Assembly: GCA_965261395.1 (NCBI GenBank)
Contig: OZ253462.1
Span: 1,216,001-1,280,000 of the forward strand
Source: Candidatus Latescibacterota bacterium
GTDB taxonomy: Bacteria > Latescibacterota > UBA2968 > UBA8231
Reading direction: 5' to 3'
DNA length: 64,000 nucleotides
The notes beneath the pieces are model-generated. The model saw only the letters and a list, made by a program, of their open reading frames with translations. It had not been told where the DNA came from and ran no database searches. Every line of letters begins with the position of its first letter. The stretch's first letter is position 1. Of the stretch, positions 39,463-46,826 are shown piece by piece. A program made the position numbers and the translations under genes.

Positions 39463-40455
39463 ATGGGTAAAATTCGCGTGGGATTTATCGGCTGTGGTGG
39501 AAATGCCAGCGGGCACCTAGGGCGGATGCTCGGCATCCCCGAGGCCCAAGTGGTGGCTTTGTGCGATGTGGATCAGGCCAGTCTGCAGCGGGCCAAGGAG
39601 CGCAACCCGCAGGCCGCGGAGTTGCCGGAGTTTACCCACTACCAAGAGATGCTGGAGCAAGTCGAACTGGACGCGGTAGAAATTTCCACGCCACACACAT
39701 TGCACTTCGAGCAGATTATGGCCGCGCTGGACAAAGGGCTGCACGTGCTGACCGAAAAGCCGATGGTCTGTACTGTCGATCACGCGCACCAAGTTATCGC
39801 CAAAGCAGAGGCGACCGGCAAGGTCCTGATGATCTCCTATCAACGGCACTTGGGGGCGCAGTACCGCTATGTGCGCAATCAGATCGCGGCCGGGGAATTG
39901 GGGGATATCCAGTTTATAGCGGCGCTCCAAGACCAGAAGTGGTATCAGGGGACGATAGGGCTGTGGCGGCAGCAAATGGCGCTGTCGGGCGGCGGGCAGC
40001 TCAACGACTCGGGAAGCCACCTACTGGACATTGTGTTGTGGATGGCCGGGCTGGAGGTGGCCGAGGTGCAGGCCTACATGGAACACTTCGACTCCGAGGT
40101 GGATATCAACTCGGCGCTGTCGCTGCGCTTTGGCAACGGCGCGCTAGGGACTATTGCGGTGGTGGGCAACTCGCCGACTGGCGGGATGTGGGAGGACATC
40201 ACCATCTGGGGGACCAAGGCGGTGGTCTATATCCGTCAAGGACAGGTCTTCTACAAGACGCAGCACAGCGGTGAGGTGTACCAGGTCAATAACTTGCCCG
40301 GCTCGGCGACGCCCGACCAGAATTTCATCGACGCGATTCTCGGCCGCGACCAAGTGCAGGTGCCCCCCGAATGCGGTTTGCGGGTCATTGAGCTGACCGA
40401 AGCGGCATGGGCCTCGGCCGCCAGTGGGCAGCCGGTCAAAGTCGAGCGGAAATAG
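39463..40455 (+). CDS. Gfo/Idh/MocA family oxidoreductase
   Basis: GFIGCGG, HVLTEKPM, GGGQLNDSGSHLLD. Confidence 0.92.
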   Translation: MGKIRVGFIGCGGNASGHLGRMLGIPEAQVVALCDVDQASLQRAKERNPQAAELPEFTHYQEMLEQVELDAVEISTPHTLHFEQIMAALDKGLHVLTEKPMVCTVDHAHQVIAKAEATGKVLMISYQRHLGAQYRYVRNQIAAGELGDIQFIAALQDQKWYQGTIGLWRQQMALSGGGQLNDSGSHLLDIVLWMAGLEVAEVQAYMEHFDSEVDINSALSLRFGNGALGTIAVVGNSPTGGMWEDITIWGTKAVVYIRQGQVFYKTQHSGEVYQVNNLPGSATPDQNFIDAILGRDQVQVPPECGLRVIELTEAAWASAASGQPVKVERK

Positions 40456-40459
40456 ACGA

Positions 40460-40488
40460 TTGACCCGGTTCACTAGCTCTTGTATATT
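40460..40488 (+). promoter_or_regulatory. Sigma70-type promoter driving an intergenic transcript
   Basis: TTGACC (40460-65), a 17-bp spacer and TATATT (40483-88), followed by an AT-rich start region. Confidence 0.75.
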
Positions 40489-40494
40489 AAAAAT

Positions 40495-40799
40495 TAAGTC
40501 GAGTTCGGGGGCCACAAACCCTTGTTGCCGCTACGCTGAGGCTCGAGGCTACGCGAGCGAGCCAACCCGGCTTTGTCACTGGCCGCAACGACGCGCAGAG
40601 TTGGAGTATGGATTATGAGGCGCGCACTAGCGAAAGGAGGTGGTTCATTGAGTAGTAATTGTACCGCAGCAGGGAGGTTGATCACTTGATCAACTCCAGG
40701 TGATCGACTACCTGGTCAGAAGCACAGTCGCTTCGGCGACATAGCTTCTGAGAGTACAGCCGGGCGCACCCCACCTTAGTGGGTGCGCCCGGTTTTTTT
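40495..40799 (+). ncRNA. Putative structured non-coding RNA (or small-peptide mRNA) of unrecognised family
   Basis: Own promoter and terminator, no long sense ORF within the transcript, several hairpins including GTCGC-TTCG-GCGAC, and three motifs complementary to the 16S 3' end. Confidence 0.6.
40759..40799 (+). terminator. Rho-independent terminator
   Basis: GCCGGGCGCACCCCAC-CTTA-GTGGGTGCGCCCGG followed by T7. Confidence 0.9.
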
Positions 40800-40864
40800 G
40801 TCCGCGTTGCCCTAGTTGGTTCCCACGCGGTATTTTTGCCATATTGTCCGCGAGGAGGCCGTCT

Positions 40865-41857
40865 ATGAAACGCATCGCCAAGCCCGCAGGGGCCTATAAC
40901 ATCGTGGTAGAAGAGGTCGAGGTTCCGGCCATTGCCCCGACCGAGATTTTGATTCGCGCCGAATGTTCGCTAATCAGCCGAGGCTCGGAGATATGGCGGC
41001 GCTACGTGCGCGAAGAGGCGATCGATCACCGCGCCATGGGCTACTCGCTGGTGGGCCGAGTCGCAGAGGTCGGCGCAGAGGTTGAAGAGTTCAAAACCGG
41101 CGATCTGGTCGCGGCCCTCGCGCCGCACGCCGAATACGTAGCGGTCGAAGTAGTAGCCGGCCAGCACAGGCCTGCGGCCGTGCGCCTGCCAGCGGGCCTA
41201 GCGCCCGAGGCGGGCACCTTCTGGCCGCTGGGAGCCAGCTCGGTCCTGTGGATGTGGGAGACCGAGGCCGGCCCAGATGATGTCATGGTCATCCAAGGGC
41301 AGGGCTTGGTAGGTAGCGGTTGTATGCAGGCGGCCAAGGCACAAGGCGCGGGGCGCGTCATCGGGATCGATGCCTTGCCCCTGCGCTGCGAACTGGCGCG
41401 TGAGTTAGGGGCCGACGTGGTGGTAGACGCTAGCGCCGGTGACTCTGTCGCACAGGTTTTGGAACTGACGGACGGAGAGGGTGCAGACGTGGTGGTCGAA
41501 GCTGTGGGCGGGCGGGCCGGAGCGCAGGCTTTTGCCGAGGCGCAGGACATGCTCAAGCGCGGCGGCCTCTTGCAGGTGCTGGGGCTATACGAAAACGAAC
41601 CCCTGCCGCTCTACTCAGAAAAAATCATGGGCAAGCGCCTCATAGGCAGCTACCTCGACGCCGACCGGCGGCCCGAAGGATCAGCACGTGCCCTAGAGCT
41701 ATTGACGACGGGCCAGATCCAGTTCGCCAAGATGATCACCCACCGCTTCCCCTACACCGAAGCGGCAGCGGCCTTCGACCTGCTCTACAATCGGTTGGGC
41801 GAGACGATGGCGGTATTGCTGATGTGGGAAACTGACTTAGGAGACGACGATGAGTAG
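40865..41857 (+). CDS. Zinc-binding (MDR) alcohol dehydrogenase family protein
   Basis: SLISRGSE, GYSLVG, GQGLVG, GADVVVEAVG, MITHRFP; GAGGAGG RBS before ATG 40865. Confidence 0.88.
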   Translation: MKRIAKPAGAYNIVVEEVEVPAIAPTEILIRAECSLISRGSEIWRRYVREEAIDHRAMGYSLVGRVAEVGAEVEEFKTGDLVAALAPHAEYVAVEVVAGQHRPAAVRLPAGLAPEAGTFWPLGASSVLWMWETEAGPDDVMVIQGQGLVGSGCMQAAKAQGAGRVIGIDALPLRCELARELGADVVVDASAGDSVAQVLELTDGEGADVVVEAVGGRAGAQAFAEAQDMLKRGGLLQVLGLYENEPLPLYSEKIMGKRLIGSYLDADRRPEGSARALELLTTGQIQFAKMITHRFPYTEAAAAFDLLYNRLGETMAVLLMWETDLGDDDE

Positions 41858-42551
41858 GACCATAGAGAAGCTGTTCCGCGCCCCCTACGGGGTGCCCAAC
41901 GCGCTGCAAGTAGTAGAAGAAGGACTGTGGATTACCGATCAAATTACCGACCGGGTGGCACTGATTGAAATCGCCGAGCCGTCTGAATACGGCGTCACCC
42001 GCTTGACCCGCGATATACCTAGCGAGTCGTCCAATACCAGCGGCATGGCTTGGGGCGGCGGTTCGCTGTGGTTGGCGGCCAACGGGGCGGGTACGCTCTG
42101 GCGGCCCGCACGGCCGACGGACGCCGCGCAAGGGACGGGCGAAATTTTCGAGGTTGATCCAGATACCGGCGCGACCCGCAACCGCTATCCAGTGCCCGGC
42201 GGAGGCGGGGTTCACGGGATGGAGTACGATCCGTTTGAGGAGGGCTACGTGTGGATCACCACCCTCAAGAGCCAGACGCTGAGCAAAGTCAAGATCGCTG
42301 GCTGGTCGGTTGAGCACGTACTGGATCTGCCCTACGGGCGCGCGCACGGTGTGGTGCGGGTCGCCGACGGCATCTGGGTGGTGCATACAGCCGACCGCGT
42401 GATCGTCAAGCTCGATGTGGAGAGCGGGGCCGAGTTGGATCGAGTTATGGTGCCCGATAGCGACCCTGAACCGCATGGCCTGTCGATTTTTGGCGAGGAT
42501 TTGGTCTATTGCGACGCCACCTCTGGGTGGGTCGTCAAAATCAGCCTGTGA
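41850..42551 (+). CDS. Hypothetical protein, probable beta-propeller
   Basis: Repeating PNAL/TSGM/VHGM/AHGV/PHGL blades with GLW/SLW/GIW motifs; overlaps the upstream gene. Confidence 0.7.
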   Translation: MSRTIEKLFRAPYGVPNALQVVEEGLWITDQITDRVALIEIAEPSEYGVTRLTRDIPSESSNTSGMAWGGGSLWLAANGAGTLWRPARPTDAAQGTGEIFEVDPDTGATRNRYPVPGGGGVHGMEYDPFEEGYVWITTLKSQTLSKVKIAGWSVEHVLDLPYGRAHGVVRVADGIWVVHTADRVIVKLDVESGAELDRVMVPDSDPEPHGLSIFGEDLVYCDATSGWVVKISL

Positions 42552-42561
42552 GGATGGTGTG

Positions 42562-43377
42562 ATGACGCGGATAGCAACGTCGTCTTGGAGCTTGCACAGG
42601 ACGTTAGGGTCGTCGATGTACCAGTGGCCCGACCCCAAGGGCGAGCCGGTGCTGGAAGGGGCAGGGCAGGGAGAACTCACCTTGTTGGAGCTACCGGCAC
42701 AGCTTGCCGCACGCGGCATCGGCCTGTTGGAGATTTGCCACTTCCACTTCCCTCAGCTCGACGATGGCTATATCAGCCAGTTGCGTCAGGCACTTGCCGA
42801 CAGCGGCGTCGAACTCTTCAGCGTGCTGATTGACGCTGGGGACATTGCGCATCCCGATGAGGCCCAACGCGCAAAGGAAGTGGCTTGGATACGCGAGTGG
42901 ATGGAGATTGCCGCTCGCTGCGGCGCACAGTGTGTGCGGGTGATTGCCGGAGGGGCAGACGACGATGAAGCCGTGCAGGTAAGCGCGGCGAATTTGCGTG
43001 CGCTCGCCAGCTTTGGTCGCACCTTAGGTATTGGGGTCCTGACGGAGAATTTCCGGGCGCTGGGCACGTCTGTCGGGGCGCTCAATACGGTCCTCGACTT
43101 GTGCGAGGGCGAGGTGGGGCTGTGCGCCGACTTCGGCAACTTCAAGGGGCCGGACAAATACCGCGATCTGGCGGCGATTCTGCCGCGGGCGACTTCCGTA
43201 CACGCCAAAGCCGACTTTCCCGCAGTGGGCCAGATGGACCGCGAGGATTTTGTGCACTGTCTGCGGCTGGCCAGTGATGCGGGATTCGCCGGGCCGTACT
43301 CGCTGATTTTTTCTAGCCGAGGCGACGAGTGGGAGGGCATAGAAAAGACGCGGGAAGTGGTCGAGGAATGGATGTGA
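42562..43377 (+). CDS. Sugar phosphate isomerase/epimerase (TIM barrel)
   Basis: LEICHFH, RVIAG, TEN, CADFGNF, HAK motifs. Confidence 0.82.
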   Translation: MTRIATSSWSLHRTLGSSMYQWPDPKGEPVLEGAGQGELTLLELPAQLAARGIGLLEICHFHFPQLDDGYISQLRQALADSGVELFSVLIDAGDIAHPDEAQRAKEVAWIREWMEIAARCGAQCVRVIAGGADDDEAVQVSAANLRALASFGRTLGIGVLTENFRALGTSVGALNTVLDLCEGEVGLCADFGNFKGPDKYRDLAAILPRATSVHAKADFPAVGQMDREDFVHCLRLASDAGFAGPYSLIFSSRGDEWEGIEKTREVVEEWM

Positions 43378-43393
43378 AAGTGAAGGGAAAGGC

Positions 43394-43873
43394 ATGGCTG
43401 GACAGTACTGGCTCGTCAAGTGCGAATTCGACGAGTGCTCCTTTGACGAGTTGAAGCAGCGTCCGCAAAGCACGGGCTACTGGCGGGGCGTGCGCAACTA
43501 CCAAGCGCGCAATCTCATCCGCGACAGCATGGACGCGGGGGATCTGGCGTTCTTTTATCACTCCAACTGCGACGAGCCGGGGATCGCCGGAATCGCGAAG
43601 ATCACAAGAGCAGGCTACCCCGACCCCAGCCAATTCGACGACCAGCACCGCTACTACGACGAGAAATCCACCGAGGATGAGCCGCGCTGGTTTTCCTTCG
43701 ACGTGAAGTGGAAGTGCAAATTCAAAAAGTTTGTCCACCTCGCCGACCTCAAGGCCAACGATAAGCTCGCCGACATGCGGGTGGTGCAGCGGGGTCAGCG
43801 GCTCTCGATTCAGCCGGTCGCCGAGCAGGAGTGGAAGGAAGTCTGCAAGATGGGAGGCGTCCGTCCGGCGTGA
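43394..43873 (+). CDS. EVE domain-containing protein
   Basis: YWLVK.E, W.GVRNYQARN, GDLAFFYHSNC, YPDP.QFD, RLSIQPV...EW. Confidence 0.93.
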   Translation: MAGQYWLVKCEFDECSFDELKQRPQSTGYWRGVRNYQARNLIRDSMDAGDLAFFYHSNCDEPGIAGIAKITRAGYPDPSQFDDQHRYYDEKSTEDEPRWFSFDVKWKCKFKKFVHLADLKANDKLADMRVVQRGQRLSIQPVAEQEWKEVCKMGGVRPA

Positions 43874-43887
43874 TGATTTATGAATAA

Positions 43888-43990
43888 CTGACGTTACGCA
43901 GTTTTCCAGAAAATTCTCAATTTCGCCCCAATATCTTGGGTCAACAGGCTTCGATAAACCACAAGATAGGGAGCTACTGCGTAAGGTCAG
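43888..43990. mobile_element. MITE-like element (103 bp) with 15-bp TIRs and a 7-bp target duplication
   Basis: TIRs CTGACGTTACGCAGT and ACTGCGTAAGGTCAG (14/15 match); TGAATAA directly repeated at 43881-87 and 43991-97. Confidence 0.8.
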
Positions 43991-44001
43991 TGAATAATTT
44001 G

Positions 44002-44097
44002 CCCCTCGTCGTCCTAATCGGCGACTCAATCCGCATGGGTTATCAGGACCATGTCGCCAGCCAGTTGGCAGGCCGAGCCGAGGTTTGGGCACCCGAA
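44002..44097 (+). repeat. Direct repeat copy 1: truncated 5' end of the SGNH hydrolase gene
   Basis: 96 bp with 2 mismatches versus 50834-50929; encodes PLVVLIGDSIRMGYQDHVASQLAGRAEVWAPE, then diverges. Confidence 0.93.
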
Positions 44098-44129
44098 GAA
44101 AGGTTTAAAAAACAAAGGAAGGGCTCACT

Positions 44130-45116
44130 ATGAATCACTTACGTGGGTGGGCTATCGTCGTTGTGTGCGTCAGTCTATTGGGGGGCTGCTCCAACCAGAA
44201 GGCTCGCGAACAGCTCGTCCTAGACGTAGAGCGGCTTGTTTTGGAACACGAACGGTTTGTCCAAGACCTTGAGCGATACCACCAAGAGCGTGAACGGCTT
44301 GAGGAGCGAACGGTTGGGTTGGTTGCTGGTGTCTTTCTATCTGCGTGGCTCACCGATGGCGCGGCGGGACTGACCGGGGAAGCCGAGCAGATTTCCGAAG
44401 ATGCCAAACAGTTCGCCCCGGAAGCCGAGCGACTCTATCAAGAAGGCGAGCGACTGGCGTGGGAATTGAGACGCGCTTACGAAAAGCGCGACTGGTTTGT
44501 GCCAGAAGCCGAGCGACTCACCCAAGAGCGCAACCGGCTTGCCCAAGAATTAGATCAGATGTACCAAACTGTCGATTTGATAGAACAAGAATTCTTGCAG
44601 GCTGCCCAAGCATACACTGACACTTACCAAGAATACGACCAAGCCAAGAAAGCATTCGATCTGTGGAAACAAGAAAACCGGCACCTTGAGCAGACATTCC
44701 GTAAAGCGGAGGAGGACCTAATTCGAGCTTACGAAAAATACAACCAAGCCAAGCAAAACGACGACCAAGCTTGGAACATGTATAACGAATATAAAGATCT
44801 CGGATATAAATGGGGCGACGGTGTTCTCGAAGCAGCTAGCCAATCCTGGGAGCGGACCGGCGAAGCCCGTAAGCGAGCTTCCCAATCTTGGGAGCAGGCC
44901 AGCGAAGTATATCGCCAGGTGTCCGATGGATATTATCCATCCTACGAAGCATTTACACAGACATCTCAAGCCCATACTCAAGCGTCCGAAACTTACGATC
45001 AGATCCGCAAACGGCTTGAAGAAGACTTAGAGCGTGCGTACTTGAACTGGAATTGGCTAGATCCGTACTTGGATCGGCTTGTTCGAGATATGGGCTTACG
45101 CGTACGTGTGGACTGA
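44130..45116 (+). CDS. Putative lipoprotein with long coiled-coil repeats
   Basis: Lipobox LLGGC; E/Q/R/A-rich helical repeats (FAPEAERLYQE and FVPEAERLTQE; ASQSWE x2). Confidence 0.75.
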   Translation: MNHLRGWAIVVVCVSLLGGCSNQKAREQLVLDVERLVLEHERFVQDLERYHQERERLEERTVGLVAGVFLSAWLTDGAAGLTGEAEQISEDAKQFAPEAERLYQEGERLAWELRRAYEKRDWFVPEAERLTQERNRLAQELDQMYQTVDLIEQEFLQAAQAYTDTYQEYDQAKKAFDLWKQENRHLEQTFRKAEEDLIRAYEKYNQAKQNDDQAWNMYNEYKDLGYKWGDGVLEAASQSWERTGEARKRASQSWEQASEVYRQVSDGYYPSYEAFTQTSQAHTQASETYDQIRKRLEEDLERAYLNWNWLDPYLDRLVRDMGLRVRVD

Positions 45117-45274
45117 ATCAGGGGAATTCGTACACACGAAGATTGCAAAGGTCCCCTCGGGTCCTAAATTTCAAACGGAACCACCCAAAAATCTACCCAC
45201 GCATTGCTGAACTGCGAAAAATTCGCGGAATACGGTATCTTTTTGAGCGAGGAATTTACTGAGGAGGCTTGAAC

Positions 45275-45496
45275 ATGGCGACCAGAAGAACTATTTATAA
45301 ATACCACTTCAAGTTGGGTAATAAAATTGTCCACATGGGGATCACTAGGGACATCGATCGCCGCGAGGCCGAGCATCGGCGAAAATCTGGCTGGGGAAGG
45401 GGCCACATTGTGTAGATTGGTAGGCGCACCACCCAAGAAGCTGCGCTGCAGTGGGAAGCGGAACAGCGACGACAGGGCAAGCCCACAGGACCGTAA
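45275..45496 (+). pseudogene. Minimal GIY-YIG-like micro-protein with a premature TAG
   Basis: GAGGAGG RBS, then [72 protein letters not shown]; TAG at 45413-15. Not in the ORF track. Confidence 0.65.
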
Positions 45497-45507
45497 TACC
45501 CGAGGAT

Positions 45508-45822
45508 ATGGACATGGATAACCCAATTACACCTGGCGAGATTCTGCTAGAGGAATACCTCAAGCCCATAGGAATTTCGCAGAATGCCATGGCCCGCGCT
45601 ATGGGTGTCGCCCCAGGGGTAATCAATGAAATCGTCCACGATAGACGTTCGATTACTCCTGCGATGTCCATCCGCTTTGGCGCGTTCTTCGGCCAGTCCG
45701 ACGAATTTTGGTACAGGCTCCAAGTCGAGTGCGACTTTCGCAAACTGGCTCACGAAAAGAAGAGGTTTACTGACAGCATCCGCCCAGCTTCGACGCTAGG
45801 CCGGATCAAAGATACGTCGTAA
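45508..45822 (+). CDS. higA: HigA-family addiction module antidote (HTH)
   Basis: [28 protein letters not shown]....INEIV...[10 protein letters not shown]...FFGQS.EFW..LQ. Confidence 0.9.
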   Translation: MDMDNPITPGEILLEEYLKPIGISQNAMARAMGVAPGVINEIVHDRRSITPAMSIRFGAFFGQSDEFWYRLQVECDFRKLAHEKKRFTDSIRPASTLGRIKDTS

Positions 45823-45855
45823 TTAAACTGGGGTTAGGACGCAGAAAGCTGTTAA

Positions 45856-46787
45856 GAAGCCGTCTGAAAACTATATTTTTTCTATTTGATCCGTTTGAGC
45901 AGCAAGTGGATCATAGCAATCTGGATCAAGGCTTCGCTATGGTGGGTCAACACCTCATAATCTCGGGCATGTCGGCGAAAATTCATCAACCACGCAAACG
46001 TGCGCTCGACGACCCAACGGCGTGGTAACACCTCAAAGCCGGGGCCTTGTTTGGCGACGACTTCCAAGTCTATTTTGTGCGTCTTTTTTACGTTAGCCAC
46101 CCACGTTCGGATCGGATCGCCTCGATAGCCGCCATCGCCCCACAGTTTGCGTAACCGGGCTACGCCGGAGGCCCCCAAGCGGGTCAACACCTGCTTGAGG
46201 CCGTCCCGATCCTCTACATCGGCGGCGGTGACCACCACCTGTCTAAGCAAGCCCGAGGTGTCGACCAACAGATGACGCTTGCGCCCCTTGACCTTTTTTC
46301 CGGCGTCATAACCGGTTGTTTTACCATGGGTTGCCGTCTTGATCGTCTGACTATCGACTACGCCAGCCGACGGCGTTGGAGCCCGTCCGTTGAGGCGGCG
46401 TTCCCGCTGGGTGAGTCGATCCAATACCTGCGGCCAGACCCCTTGTAGACTCCAGCGACGAAAGTAATCATACACCGTTTTCCACGGTCCAAAACAAGAA
46501 GGCAACAAAGCCCAAGGACAACCGGTCTTGGTCAGATACAAAAGGCCGTTGACGATCTGGCGTCGATCCCGCGGTGGCCGACCCGGACCGTTCGGCTGCC
46601 ATGTCGAAGCCGGCAGCAACGGTTCGATCCGACGCCATTGCACATCGGTTACATCGGTGGCATATTGCCTACTAGGCGTACTCATCATACGAGCCTTTCT
46701 GTTCAGATTTTGTCGCGAAACCTGAATATGGCTCGATGAGTACGCCGATTCAAATACCGGCTACAGCAAGGGTTTTCAGACGGCTTC
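45856..46787. mobile_element. IS5-family (IS1031-group-like) insertion sequence, 932 bp
   Basis: Perfect 16-bp TIR GAAGCCGTCTGAAAAC (45856-71 and 46772-87); TAA target duplication on both sides. Confidence 0.92.
45882..46688 (-). CDS. IS5 family transposase
   Basis: YATDVTD.QW, TGCPW..LP..FGPWKTVY, VDSQTIK, GYDAGKKVKGRKRH, DGGY, RWVVERTFAW. Confidence 0.95.
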   Translation of the reverse strand: MMSTPSRQYATDVTDVQWRRIEPLLPASTWQPNGPGRPPRDRRQIVNGLLYLTKTGCPWALLPSCFGPWKTVYDYFRRWSLQGVWPQVLDRLTQRERRLNGRAPTPSAGVVDSQTIKTATHGKTTGYDAGKKVKGRKRHLLVDTSGLLRQVVVTAADVEDRDGLKQVLTRLGASGVARLRKLWGDGGYRGDPIRTWVANVKKTHKIDLEVVAKQGPGFEVLPRRWVVERTFAWLMNFRRHARDYEVLTHHSEALIQIAMIHLLLKRIK

Positions 46788-46826
46788 TAAGGAATAGCTG
46801 AAAAACGCGGCGGTATAGGAAAGAGA

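Noticed and set aside
40495-40799. Identification as 6S RNA, SRP RNA, RNase P RNA or a riboswitch for the downstream dehydrogenase
   Set aside because: It lacks the SRP GGAA/AGCAG loop and the RNase P conserved helices, and is not a single rod. I recognised no aptamer or antiterminator. A leader role cannot be fully excluded without data.
43394-43873. EVE protein as part of the adjacent defence island
   Set aside because: It lies outside the 96-bp repeat, has host-like GC and looks like the common stand-alone EVE family.
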